64,000 nucleotides of DNA from Spirochaetae bacterium HGW-Spirochaetae-5 (GTDB lineage: Bacteria; Spirochaetota; UBA4802; UBA5550): positions 6,573 to 70,572 of the forward strand of contig PGXT01000001.1 in assembly GCA_002839285.1 (NCBI GenBank), in the 5' to 3' direction. Numbering within the stretch: the stretch's first letter is position 1; each line of letters starts with the position of its first letter. The notes under the pieces were generated by a model. It did no database searches. It was not told the origin of the DNA and saw only the letters and a program-made list of their open reading frames with translations. This document shows, piece after piece, positions 10,000-18,403 of this stretch. A program made the translations under genes and the position numbers.

Positions 10000-10752
10000 A
10001 TGAAAATAGTTCATGATAACCGGGGACATTTAATCCTATTTAAAAAAGCCATCTTCTGGACAGAGGCCTGTAAAGAGGAATCTAATTACTATGACTGGAA
10101 ATCCTCCCTCCGCGCTCATAATAACATTAATGGCAAATACGATATACATCTTAATCTTAATTTAAATAAAGATGTCCCGGACATTTCAGAACTACCGGCC
10201 GGAAAGTACCGGATTGTTATATCCTTTTATAACCCCTCTAAAAGGACTAAAAACAGGCTTTACGGCTGTGTAGATACTCAGAGTATAGACTTTGTTGTCG
10301 GAAGCCCTCTAGAGCTTAAAAACGGGGGGGAGAGGGGAACGAGCAACCACTTTAACCCCTCCCCGATCTCCCAGCTTAACCAGCTGGAAGAGATCGGGAA
10401 CGTGGTCAACAAAGTCGGGGAGATTTTAAACAAGTCTCTCGATATCCACAAAAACACTATCATGTTTCAAAACGAAATAGAGAAAACAGCTTTTGAAAAA
10501 GGATACCAGGAGCGATTAAAACAGGAAGAGTCCGAGCGAACTATCAAGACTTTAACTGAACGATTGGACGCACTAGAGAGAGGGAAAGAATTAACCACCG
10601 GCGGGAATAACTCACTTGTTGAGACTCTTCTTAAAGCGGGGAAATCAATGGGGATTCTCCCGGACATAGATATTAATAACATCACGCCGGAGCAGATTGT
10701 TTCTATCCTTTCCAAATTTCAGGCGCCAGCTACACCGCCCGCGGGGGAATAA
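10000..10752 (+). CDS. hypothetical protein (250 aa) with a coiled-coil C-terminal half; the only plus-strand gene inside the putative element
   Basis: ORF with a C-terminal heptad-like region (QERLKQEESERTIKTLTERLDALERGKE). No recognisable motif. Confidence 0.4.
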   Translation: MKIVHDNRGHLILFKKAIFWTEACKEESNYYDWKSSLRAHNNINGKYDIHLNLNLNKDVPDISELPAGKYRIVISFYNPSKRTKNRLYGCVDTQSIDFVVGSPLELKNGGERGTSNHFNPSPISQLNQLEEIGNVVNKVGEILNKSLDIHKNTIMFQNEIEKTAFEKGYQERLKQEESERTIKTLTERLDALERGKELTTGGNNSLVETLLKAGKSMGILPDIDINNITPEQIVSILSKFQAPATPPAGE

Positions 10753-11078
10753 TTATGCATGTTAATTGGTTAATCAATTTTTTAAATTATAGAGTCCAAA
10801 GAGACTGCACTTATTTTAATAAAGCTGGTGTATTCTTCAGAGATAAAAATGATAAGATAATAAAAATTTCGTCTATTGAATCAAATGAAAATAATGATAT
10901 TATTTTGACGGAGGATTAAGAGTGGAAAACAAAGAAATCAATATTTTAATCCAAAATTTAAGAAAAGTTTTAACCGAACAGGAATTAAAAATAGATGATA
11001 CAACAACAGATCTATCTTTCAATTACAAAGTTTTTATACAAAAAACTCTTCAATCTCTTCAATATATAAGATAAATTT

Positions 11079-11112
11079 TACCGCATAACGCCAGATACGG
11101 CGTTATGCGGTA
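11079..11112. repeat. perfect palindrome TACCGCATAACGCC-AGATAC-GGCGTTATGCGGTA (14-bp arms, 6-nt centre)
   Basis: Read directly from the sequence. Lies just beyond the late-operon terminator near the left end of the element. Contains CATAA/TTATG half-sites. Confidence 0.5.
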
Positions 11113-11132
11113 AAAAACACCTTCAAAAAAAC

Positions 11133-11166
11133 GAAAAAAAAGCCCCGGTCATTAATACCGGGGCTT
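11133..11166 (-). terminator. rho-independent terminator for the minus-strand late operon (AGCCCCGGT-loop-ACCGGGGCT plus T8 on the minus strand)
   Basis: GC hairpin preceded on the plus strand by an A-run (a T-run on the minus strand), immediately downstream of the last late gene (11234). Confidence 0.6.
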
Positions 11167-11233
11167 TGAAAAATCAATTCATCAAGAATTGATTTTTTTG
11201 CTTTCCGGAGGCTTCGCGTGGATCTATTTTCCG

Positions 11234-11656
11234 TCACCCGCCGACACTTTTAAAGACTTTATAAATAAATAGTAAAACGATTATTATTATGATTAAAACC
11301 CCGATATTAAATATTTTATCAAGGGAGCTTTCTTTCTCAGGCTCTGCACGGCTTTTAATAGTCAATAACGACTTGTTAACCGCGTCCAGTGCTGCACTCT
11401 TCTTAAATTTTACATCGTCACTGTCACCGGGAACGACACTTAAAACACCGCTTTTAATGACCTGTTTTAAGTCCTTTATGACTTCTTTATCCGGGGAAAA
11501 ATCCTTCTGGATAGTACCGCACCCGATTGATAAAAAAATACAGATCAATATAACCACATAAGCCACACCGAGAAAAGCCCCGATAAGAGCTTTAATGTTT
11601 CTCTTTATAAATGACAACACTCTTCCCCCCTGAATTTTTAAGCAGCATAAAGGCAA
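11234..11656 (-). CDS. u-spanin-like lysis protein (N-terminal signal peptide with lipobox, C-terminal TM anchor)
   Basis: Signal-like hydrophobic segment ending in the lipobox-like SIGC, a soluble middle, and a C-terminal TM helix IGVLIIIIIVLLFIY. Last gene of the lysis cassette. The true start may lie inside the track ORF, since it overlaps the upstream gene by 64 nt. Confidence 0.4.
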   Translation of the reverse strand: MPLCCLKIQGGRVLSFIKRNIKALIGAFLGVAYVVILICIFLSIGCGTIQKDFSPDKEVIKDLKQVIKSGVLSVVPGDSDDVKFKKSAALDAVNKSLLTIKSRAEPEKESSLDKIFNIGVLIIIIIVLLFIYKVFKSVGG

Positions 11657-12299
11657 GCAACGCCCCGCCGATTAAATATATTTTATCAATACCCGGCTTT
11701 ATAATTTCGTTGTAAAACTCTTTAGCCTCTGCATTCAATTTCTGTCCGGCTTTTTTCGAAGCTATAAACGGATTATTAAGAGATATATATAAAGATGCCA
11801 TTAAAGCAGGCTTTTTAAATACTTCATACCAGATCAAAATATTATTTACAATCGGAGCAACGGGGATAATTGCAATTTCATAATCAGCAGCATCAATTGA
11901 CTTTTCAGGTAAAAAAATTCCCCCGTGTTTTTTTAAGACCTCGATACCTTCCAGCCCCTCTTCTCTTAAATCAAAATGAATATGTCTGTTAAAGCTGGAT
12001 AGATAAACAGTATTAGCATAAGCCCTCAACTCATTAAAAAGCCATACATTCATGTACAGAGGATAGACCGTGATATCAATAGCTTTCCCGCCTGAGTGAT
12101 TCGCGTTCCTTTTTGTCCGGTCTTGTGAGGTTACGATAATATCAGTGACATTCTCGTAAAAATATGATTTTTTTTTTGCATCATTGAATATGTCGGCCAG
12201 TAAGGTATATAAACCATGACCGGCATCATTTAAGCGAGACCCGTTTTTAAAATTCGGAGTCTGGAAGATGAAAAAATCTTTATCATACTTTATTGACAT
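11592..12299 (-). CDS. peptidase M15 (VanY / L-alanoyl-D-glutamate peptidase-like) endolysin candidate with C-terminal TM segment
   Basis: Zinc-ligand motifs HSGGKAIDI (H-x6-D) and HIHFD (H-x-H) characteristic of M15 peptidases. C-terminal hydrophobic helix IYLIGGALLAFMLL. Confidence 0.65.
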   Translation of the reverse strand: MSIKYDKDFFIFQTPNFKNGSRLNDAGHGLYTLLADIFNDAKKKSYFYENVTDIIVTSQDRTKRNANHSGGKAIDITVYPLYMNVWLFNELRAYANTVYLSSFNRHIHFDLREEGLEGIEVLKKHGGIFLPEKSIDAADYEIAIIPVAPIVNNILIWYEVFKKPALMASLYISLNNPFIASKKAGQKLNAEAKEFYNEIIKPGIDKIYLIGGALLAFMLLKNSGGKSVVIYKEKH

Positions 12300-12756
12300 T
12301 TTCTATTAACCACTTCGCCGGGTCTGTGTGTTTGTTGTTTATCATAACTTCAAAGTGTAAATGCTCCCCCATGGAAAAGCCATAATTTCCAATAGTGCCG
12401 ACCTTCCCCCCTTCAAGTATTATGTCGCCTACGGAGAGACCTTTTAACGGGGCTATATGCTTAAATACGAAAGTTACATCAGGATTATCGGAGCTGTGAG
12501 CGATAACATACGGAGTCCAGGCACGCCCCAGAGGGACAGTATTATCAATTTCAAACTTACCCCTGACAAGCTTAAATCTGCAAGGGTATTCACTGTCAAC
12601 GTCAAGGATTCTATCGACTGTCATATCGCACGGAGCAATAGCCGTTTTATTTTTACCTGTGAAATCAATTCCATAATGAAAAACAGGTTTTCTCCCCGGC
12701 AGTGTTCGCATCCCGTACGGGGAAGTTATTTTTTTGTTGTCAACCGGATATCTCAT
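12283..12756 (-). CDS. peptidase M23 (LytM-type) peptidoglycan endopeptidase
   Basis: M23 motifs HYGIDF (H-x3-D) and GEHLHFEV (H-x-H). 157 aa, single domain. Confidence 0.8.
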   Translation of the reverse strand: MRYPVDNKKITSPYGMRTLPGRKPVFHYGIDFTGKNKTAIAPCDMTVDRILDVDSEYPCRFKLVRGKFEIDNTVPLGRAWTPYVIAHSSDNPDVTFVFKHIAPLKGLSVGDIILEGGKVGTIGNYGFSMGEHLHFEVMINNKHTDPAKWLIENVNKV

Positions 12757-13010
12757 ATCTCATCAACCTTTATTTCTTCGGCTTCCAGTGCTGCCAGTTC
12801 ATCAAGTTTATATTGTATTGCCTGAGCGCATAGATCAGGGATAGATTTTAAAACTCTGAATCTCTCAATATTTTGAGGTGAATATATATCCGATTCACGG
12901 AGAACCAGAAAGTCACCATTTGCAAGCTGTAAGACAAAACAGGTTATATCCGTTTTATCTTCGGTTAATTCAATATCAATTATTGTTGTATCGTAAAATA
13001 GAATATTCAT
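12753..13010 (-). CDS. hypothetical protein (85 aa)
   Basis: ORF packed tightly between neighbouring genes with 4-nt overlaps on both sides. No recognisable motif. Confidence 0.35.
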   Translation of the reverse strand: MNILFYDTTIIDIELTEDKTDITCFVLQLANGDFLVLRESDIYSPQNIERFRVLKSIPDLCAQAIQYKLDELAALEAEEIKVDEI

Positions 13011-13976
13011 TTAAACCACCCTTTGGAAAATAAAAGAAAAGGGGGCTACACTTGAATTTCTTCCTCTACAATACCATGTCCCAGAAAGAGCCACCCCATT
13101 ATCATACTGAAAATTATATTCATATATATTATCTGTTGAATACTTTACTATAAAACTTTGATTTCTTGCTACATCGCCATTCATCATGTTAGCAATATCT
13201 CTAGCTGAAATAATAGAGCCGATAGGGAAATTTATATTAGAATTGACTGAACCAGTATAAACTTTATTTTCTTTTAAAAACCCTGCTGCAACTGCTGACG
13301 CATCTTTTAAAAAGCCCTCAGTTTCTGCAGATGCTTCTTTCAGAAAGCCGAGAGCAATTAAAGCAGCTTCATCTAAACCGGCAGAGGATTTAAAAAAAAA
13401 ACCGGATAGATTGAAGTTGAATATATATTGCAGTTTGCAGAAATCCTTTGCATTCATCAAATTTACAGTACCGGAAGCAGTGACAAGAAAATAAATTGAA
13501 ACATCACTGGAGACAATCCCCTTTGCTGTCTTGATTGCTGCAAGGTCAAGAGCAATAGACTTTTTTGCGTAATCCTGAGAGAGGTTTAAATTCTCCCCCT
13601 CTGCCGTGTCCTGATAGAATGATTCTGAGAGTTTGAAAAGTCCCGCGCTTATAAAGTCAGCTTCTGCGAGATTCTCATCACATGAAGTAAAAGCATTAAA
13701 AACAGTGTCCGCACCTATCCAAGCAGAGATTTTAATATCTCCCTTAAATCTGCTTATAACCTGATTAATGTAATCAGATTCAACCACCGTCAAGAAATTG
13801 TTTAATGATACTTCAAGCCCTGTTAGTTCAGTGACTTTCAATCTGCAAGCCATAACCTTTTTCGGGATATTCGCAAAATTATTTTTGCCGGATAGATTAA
13901 AGTCTAAACCCTGCATATTAAAATTAAATCCCGTTAATGTCTTAAAGTTCTGAAAGTCCTGAATTATAACAGCCAC
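13011..13976 (-). CDS. hypothetical structural protein candidate (321 aa; spike or major capsid candidate)
   Basis: Largest late-operon protein. Beta-rich N- and C-terminal regions and an internal triple repeat GFLKEASA / GFLKDASA / GFLKENK. No enzymatic motif. Confidence 0.4.
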   Translation of the reverse strand: MAVIIQDFQNFKTLTGFNFNMQGLDFNLSGKNNFANIPKKVMACRLKVTELTGLEVSLNNFLTVVESDYINQVISRFKGDIKISAWIGADTVFNAFTSCDENLAEADFISAGLFKLSESFYQDTAEGENLNLSQDYAKKSIALDLAAIKTAKGIVSSDVSIYFLVTASGTVNLMNAKDFCKLQYIFNFNLSGFFFKSSAGLDEAALIALGFLKEASAETEGFLKDASAVAAGFLKENKVYTGSVNSNINFPIGSIISARDIANMMNGDVARNQSFIVKYSTDNIYEYNFQYDNGVALSGTWYCRGRNSSVAPFSFIFQRVV

Positions 13977-14002
13977 TTGACCCGCCCCAAATTTTTATTT
14001 AT

Positions 14003-14344
14003 TTATACAAGCAGCTCAAAAACCAGAACCGCTACAATATCCGAGCTGTGCGAATTATTAAATTCATAATTATACTTTGCGCCCGGCTCCCCGAGTTTTA
14101 CCTTTTCGGGGAAAAGGTCTGTTAAAAGCTCAACCCCGATATTATCAAAAACCTTTTCACTTGTTGTACTGTTAAGCATTGTCATGTTTAATTTTCCCCT
14201 TAAACTTGACAGATCTGTGAGACAAACAACCTCACCTATTACGGGGTTTTTTCCCCTGATAAGCTGGTCAAGATCAAAAGTTCCAGCCAAGCCGGTTGAA
14301 CCGGCTGGAACGGTAATTGAAACTTGTGAATATTTCTTACCCAT
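14003..14344 (-). CDS. hypothetical protein (113 aa)
   Basis: ORF in the late operon. No recognisable motif. Confidence 0.35.
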   Translation of the reverse strand: MGKKYSQVSITVPAGSTGLAGTFDLDQLIRGKNPVIGEVVCLTDLSSLRGKLNMTMLNSTTSEKVFDNIGVELLTDLFPEKVKLGEPGAKYNYEFNNSHSSDIVAVLVFELLV

Positions 14345-14368
14345 AATTTAAACCCTATATCCCTTAAA

Positions 14369-14917
14369 TTATGCTATCTGCTGGGGCTTGTAAAGAATCC
14401 CTTTCATTACAACAACCAGCTCCGCATTTGCTTCAAGGATTGGAAGATTCACATTGAAATCAAAGTTTTCATCTTCTATCCATTCTCCGCCATCTATAAA
14501 AAGAGGCTGGAACGCTCTTACCGGCTGGGGCTGTGATGTACTTGTCGCCACCGTTACCGCTGAGTCAAAAAACTCTGCAAGGGAACCGCCCGCGATCTCT
14601 CTATCTGCAATAGATAGCTGAAAGTTACCGAGAGTGAGCTTCGAAAGGATTGCCGGGGTAACTGCTGCACCTGTTGAAAGCTTGTAAATAAATCCGACTT
14701 TCTGAACGTTGAAAATCTGATCTACCGGGAAGCGGGGACCCTGATTTTTCCAGTTTGTTTTACTACCTTTTGAGCCGAATTTCCCATCCATTTCAAGAAA
14801 CGCTTTTGCATCTACAACGGGGGTTGACGCATTACCGTCAATGGTATAATAAAAGGATTTTCCTATCCCGTCCATCAACTTTGAATCACCTTTTTTATTT
14901 GTTACTTTTCTTAACAT
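14369..14917 (-). CDS. hypothetical protein (182 aa), beta-rich; candidate jelly-roll capsid protein
   Basis: ORF in the late operon with alternating hydrophobic beta-strand-like composition. Fold is not verifiable from sequence alone. Confidence 0.35.
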   Translation of the reverse strand: MLRKVTNKKGDSKLMDGIGKSFYYTIDGNASTPVVDAKAFLEMDGKFGSKGSKTNWKNQGPRFPVDQIFNVQKVGFIYKLSTGAAVTPAILSKLTLGNFQLSIADREIAGGSLAEFFDSAVTVATSTSQPQPVRAFQPLFIDGGEWIEDENFDFNVNLPILEANAELVVVMKGILYKPQQIA

Positions 14918-14957
14918 TTGAATAACTCCGAATTTTTTATTTTAAAGTTTTAAGGTA

Positions 14958-15428
14958 TTAAAACCTTGTTACATCAGTTTCAACCGCTGCACGGTTTACA
15001 CCATTTCCCGCCGGGGGAATATATGAAGCCTGCTTTGTCTGTCCGTTTGGCATCTTAACCGGAACAGATACACCGCTTACCGCATTCATAGAACCGGAAC
15101 CGCCGAGCGCGTTAATGTATGTAATCAGAGTCGCTTTTTTCTTCGGGTCAGTCTCTTTCCCTGCAATCTCTGTTAATATGTCGCGAATCATCGCCACACC
15201 ACCGACCGCCATACCACCGACCGCCAGAAACTCCGCGACCTTCTTATCTTTTACAAGAAGACTTGCCAGAACCGCCGGAGCTACCATTGTCAAAAGGTTT
15301 GACAGATATTTATTGCTGATTCTTCCAGCAAGTAAAAACTGGACAATAACCGGAGCAAATGCGCCGACTGCCTTGTCTTTATCTGCAAAATTTTTAACGC
15401 TACCCATTAAATCTAATTTTTTAGCCAT
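14958..15428 (-). CDS. membrane-associated protein (156 aa; Ala/Gly/Val-rich hydrophobic segments)
   Basis: Three hydrophobic stretches (AFAPVIVQFLLAG, LLTMVAPAVLASLLV, FLAVGGMAVGGVAMI). ORF in the late operon. Confidence 0.4.
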   Translation of the reverse strand: MAKKLDLMGSVKNFADKDKAVGAFAPVIVQFLLAGRISNKYLSNLLTMVAPAVLASLLVKDKKVAEFLAVGGMAVGGVAMIRDILTEIAGKETDPKKKATLITYINALGGSGSMNAVSGVSVPVKMPNGQTKQASYIPPAGNGVNRAAVETDVTRF

Positions 15429-15431
15429 CGT

Positions 15432-16076
15432 TTATTTCCTCTTCTTTTTATTGCTTAATAACAAAACCCCGGCAGTTAAACCGCCGATAATTAACAGCGG
15501 ATTCATACCGGAGTTTTTCTTATTATCGTTTTCAATTTCAATTTCAATTTCATCATTGTATATTGTTTCTTTCTCTTCAGGCGGTAAAACCGGAGTAATA
15601 GGCTGCACCTGATAAATATTTGCCTCTGCGCTCTGTGTTGTTTTATAATTATAAATTATACCGATAAGACTATCAGTTCTAAATTTATATATTGCCTGTA
15701 AAATCTGAAGAACTCCATTTCTACTGAAAGCCGTTTCGCCCTGGTCTGTCTTTGTCTTCATAATCTCAGTTATGAAACTTTCTGAATTTTCCGGGGTTAC
15801 TGAATACCCTCTTAAGATTGATTCTTTCAGGTATGATAATATTATATGCTGCGCGTACCACCATGATACAACCGTGACGCCGTTTCTCTTAAGTAAATAC
15901 TGAACATGGCTTGTAAGCGCGAACAGAACCGCCATTGACGCCGTTTTTGTTTTTCCGTCTGACAGTCCGAAAGTAAGAACTTTACTAACTGCAAGTTTCG
16001 AATTAAAATCCGGGTCATTATTTGAAAACCAGTTTCTGAGACTGGTAATATCTATATATTTTCTATCAATTGTCAT
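15432..16076 (-). CDS. C-terminally membrane-anchored protein with a degenerate P-loop-like motif (214 aa)
   Basis: GLSDGKTKT resembles Walker A but is one residue short. C-terminal TM helix LLIIGGLTAGVLLL followed by KKKRK. Size is in the range of the small packaging ATPases of membrane-containing phages, but ATPase activity is not supported by motif alone. Confidence 0.4.
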   Translation of the reverse strand: MTIDRKYIDITSLRNWFSNNDPDFNSKLAVSKVLTFGLSDGKTKTASMAVLFALTSHVQYLLKRNGVTVVSWWYAQHIILSYLKESILRGYSVTPENSESFITEIMKTKTDQGETAFSRNGVLQILQAIYKFRTDSLIGIIYNYKTTQSAEANIYQVQPITPVLPPEEKETIYNDEIEIEIENDNKKNSGMNPLLIIGGLTAGVLLLSNKKKRK

Positions 16077-16080
16077 AATC

Positions 16081-16602
16081 TTAATACCATCCCAGAAACG
16101 CGAAATACTGATTAATCATTGCCTTAATATCATCAACAACCGCCATTCCCTGCTCTGGGATATCCCCGGCGTATAACTCATAATAAGCCTTTGCCGTTTC
16201 TATTACTGCCATAGTGGAAATATAAACATTCTTTCCGCTTGAATACATATCCCCAACAAGAGGCGCATCTTCTGCCAGCTTATCCAGTGCCGACAATAAA
16301 GGAGCGGAAGCATCGACAAAGGCTTTTATTCCTGTGTCTGCGTAAACGTCAGATACTGTCTCTTTTATGTCGCTGTATTGTTCCTGTACGCTCTGCGCTG
16401 CATCGACTGTCAACTCTACGGCGTTTTGAACCATGTCCATAATCTCTGACTGATAAGCAGCGGACGCCACATCCTGAACAGTTTCAACTGCATTCTGTGC
16501 AACATCAACAGCACTCTGGACGGCGCCAGTAACAGCAGAAACAGCATTTGTAATAATTCGCGGGGGACTCCAACCCCAGCCGACAACATCACTTTGTTTC
16601 AT
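16081..16602 (-). CDS. hypothetical Ala/Val/Gln-rich protein (173 aa)
   Basis: Repetitive S/AVxxAVQxAV segments. No TM or enzymatic motif. Confidence 0.35.
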   Translation of the reverse strand: MKQSDVVGWGWSPPRIITNAVSAVTGAVQSAVDVAQNAVETVQDVASAAYQSEIMDMVQNAVELTVDAAQSVQEQYSDIKETVSDVYADTGIKAFVDASAPLLSALDKLAEDAPLVGDMYSSGKNVYISTMAVIETAKAYYELYAGDIPEQGMAVVDDIKAMINQYFAFLGWY

Positions 16603-16604
16603 CT

Positions 16605-16799
16605 TTAACAGTGACCTTTTTCCCTATGTGATAAAGTCGAGGAAGCTTTAATGCAAATTTCAAACTCAAAGAGATTTGAGAAAAAAACTTTACAGTGACG
16701 GAAAAAGTCAGCAGTATGTATCTTATGACAATTTCTTTTATTGTCTCTGTTTTGTTTTCGCTCATCCTTAACCCCTTTTAAATTTTGCAATTTCTTCAT
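16605..16799 (-). CDS. small hypothetical ORF (64 aa), doubtful
   Basis: Fills a 165-nt gap between neighbouring genes. Basic, no motif. Confidence 0.15.
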   Translation of the reverse strand: MKKLQNLKGVKDERKQNRDNKRNCHKIHTADFFRHCKVFFSNLFEFEICIKASSTLSHREKGHC

Positions 16800-17169
16800 C
16801 AGGAAACCTTTCCCCCAGCTTTAAAAAATCATAACTATTATCATAGTCTATGAATTTTGAACCGTCCCACACTCTACAAAAAACATGATAACGGTTTACA
16901 TCTGTTCTTAAGTACACCACTTCAAAATCAATTTCATTCTGCATTAAGTAGATCATTGTGACTTTTGTTTTTTCGCCACAATCCCCACCATATCTGATTA
17001 TGTCGCTTGGGTCTCTGGAAACATCTTCGAAAACCTGCTCTTTAAATATGACTCCCTGCGACATAAAATTAAAAAAGTCTGTTAAGCTCTTTTCGATCAA
17101 AAAGGCGGGGAGCTTTTGAAAACCCGCAAAGAAAAACAGCTGATCTGTATAATGCTGAAAACTGAACAT
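16768..17169 (-). CDS. transglutaminase-like/papain-fold cysteine peptidase candidate (133 aa)
   Basis: GDCGEKT followed downstream by YHVF and D residues, compatible with a Cys-His-Asp transglutaminase-like core. Weak, motif-level only. Confidence 0.3.
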   Translation of the reverse strand: MFSFQHYTDQLFFFAGFQKLPAFLIEKSLTDFFNFMSQGVIFKEQVFEDVSRDPSDIIRYGGDCGEKTKVTMIYLMQNEIDFEVVYLRTDVNRYHVFCRVWDGSKFIDYDNSYDFLKLGERFPDEEIAKFKRG

Positions 17170-17175
17170 AGACTT

Positions 17176-17337
17176 TATCTGTACTTTTTAATCATTGTTT
17201 CTTTTTTCTTTTTGTCCGAATCAATTTCATTACAGCGTTTATTCCAGTCTTTTAAACGCTCTTCAAACTTTTTCCATGATTCAAGGCTTGCGCTTGCCTT
17301 TGGTTTTTTTGGTCTTTTAGGTTTTTTAATAGCCATT
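17176..17337 (-). CDS. small highly basic protein (53 aa; MAIKKPKRPKKPK...), candidate DNA-binding or genome-condensing protein
   Basis: ORF translated by hand from the minus strand; absent from the track because it is shorter than 60 aa. About 35 percent Lys/Arg. Confidence 0.3.
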
Positions 17338-17563
17338 ACTTACCCGCCTTTTTTATAATCATAATCAAAGGAATTGAGAGAATGACAAGTTTAACCGGAA
17401 CAAAACCGAATATCTTATATTCGTAAAGTGCTTTAACTGCGTCCGGTAAAACTCCCTGCTCTTTAAATTCCTTAACTAATTCTTTTTCGTCTAAAAACAA
17501 ACTCATTCTTTGACCTGTTGTATTTTTGATACATGTATCAATTATACAACAATTTGTCAACAA
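17336..17563 (-). CDS. small membrane protein (C-terminal TM; probable start at the internal Met giving about 56 aa)
   Basis: C-terminal helix LVILSIPLIMII. First gene after the internal terminator. Confidence 0.3.
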   Translation of the reverse strand: MLTNCCIIDTCIKNTTGQRMSLFLDEKELVKEFKEQGVLPDAVKALYEYKIFGFVPVKLVILSIPLIMIIKKAGK

Positions 17564-17598
17564 AAAAACCGCCTTTTTAGGGGCGGTTTTAAAAAAAG
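17561..17598 (-). terminator. rho-independent (bidirectional-looking) terminator separating the early and late transcription units of the element
   Basis: AAAACCGCC-loop-GGCGGTTTT hairpin flanked by an A-run and a T-run, immediately downstream of the lipoprotein gene. Confidence 0.6.
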
Positions 17599-17633
17599 TT
17601 GTATTTTATTAAATTATAAAATAATTAGTTAAT

Positions 17634-17957
17634 TTACTTCTTTTCGAGTGTGTAAGTTTTTTCCGCTGGATAATCCATCCACCAGAGGTAGGAAAAAATA
17701 TGAATTATATTAAATTCACTCTTTTGTAAATTGGTCTGAAAGTCTTTATACTCATCTTTCTGAAGTTTGACCTCTGTTGACATCCACAAAGGCTTACTGT
17801 CAGTGTGAGCATATGGAGTCACGCCTTTAAGCTCCCCATCAATAAAAATTTTAGCTTCGCCGGGGACACTCTGAATTTTTACAGTGCTTGAACAACCGAC
17901 CGCAAAGATTAAAAGACTTAATACAACCGCGAACATCTTAAATTTTTTCATGTGCAT
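17634..17957 (-). CDS. lipoprotein (107 aa)
   Basis: Signal peptide with lipobox AVGC (MKKFKMFAVVLSLLIFAVGCSS). Confidence 0.5.
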   Translation of the reverse strand: MHMKKFKMFAVVLSLLIFAVGCSSTVKIQSVPGEAKIFIDGELKGVTPYAHTDSKPLWMSTEVKLQKDEYKDFQTNLQKSEFNIIHIFSYLWWMDYPAEKTYTLEKK

Positions 17958-18005
17958 AACCTCTCTTTTATTTGATATAAAAATTAATTTATATGCTCTT
18001 TTTTG

Positions 18006-18215
18006 TCAATGTAAAATCTTTTTCTGCTTCTTAATATAGGCATAAGCTTTTAAGGCTATCCGGCCTATGACTTCAATATTTTTTTTCCGTTCCTGCTGCT
18101 TCCATTTTTTTATATTGTTAAGGTCACGACCTAGAATAAAACCAAACACAGCAGACACCATACAGACCAATAAAAATAATAAATTAAACATCACTCCCCG
18201 CCTGCATGAAATCAA
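18006..18215 (-). CDS. small single-TM protein with basic C-terminus (holin-like or virion membrane protein candidate)
   Basis: TM helix FNLLFLLVCMVSAVFGFILG followed by a Lys-rich tail. Confidence 0.3.
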   Translation of the reverse strand: MISCRRGVMFNLLFLLVCMVSAVFGFILGRDLNNIKKWKQQERKKNIEVIGRIALKAYAYIKKQKKILH

Positions 18216-18402
18216 ACTCCATGCTCTTAATGTCTTTAGAGTCTATATTACTTTTAATTTTCTTAAGTAATACCCGGCTTAATTTATGCAGTGCTTCAGC
18301 TTCTTTTTTTATTGCTTCAGCTGCTCCCGGATTCATTTTTAAAAGTCCAAAGGACTCCATCATATTTTTCTGAGTGCTTAAAAAATCGTTTTTAACTGAC
18401 AT
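18184..18402 (-). CDS. hypothetical protein (72 aa)
   Basis: ORF in the early unit. No motif. Confidence 0.3.
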   Translation of the reverse strand: MSVKNDFLSTQKNMMESFGLLKMNPGAAEAIKKEAEALHKLSRVLLKKIKSNIDSKDIKSMEFDFMQAGSDV

Positions 18403-18403
18403 A

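Noticed and set aside
10300-10420. GC-rich patch (GGGGGGGAGAGGGGAACGAGC...) inside the 10000..10752 ORF as a separate RNA gene or repeat
   Set aside because: It lies in frame within an uninterrupted ORF and has no inverted-repeat structure or second copy in the window, so it is most simply coding sequence with a local composition shift.
11079-11112. Reading the perfect palindrome as a canonical XerC/D dif site
   Set aside because: CATAA and TTATG half-sites are present, but they are separated by 14 bp rather than the 6-8 bp dif spacer, and dif sites are normally imperfect palindromes. Kept only as a low-confidence recombination-site candidate.
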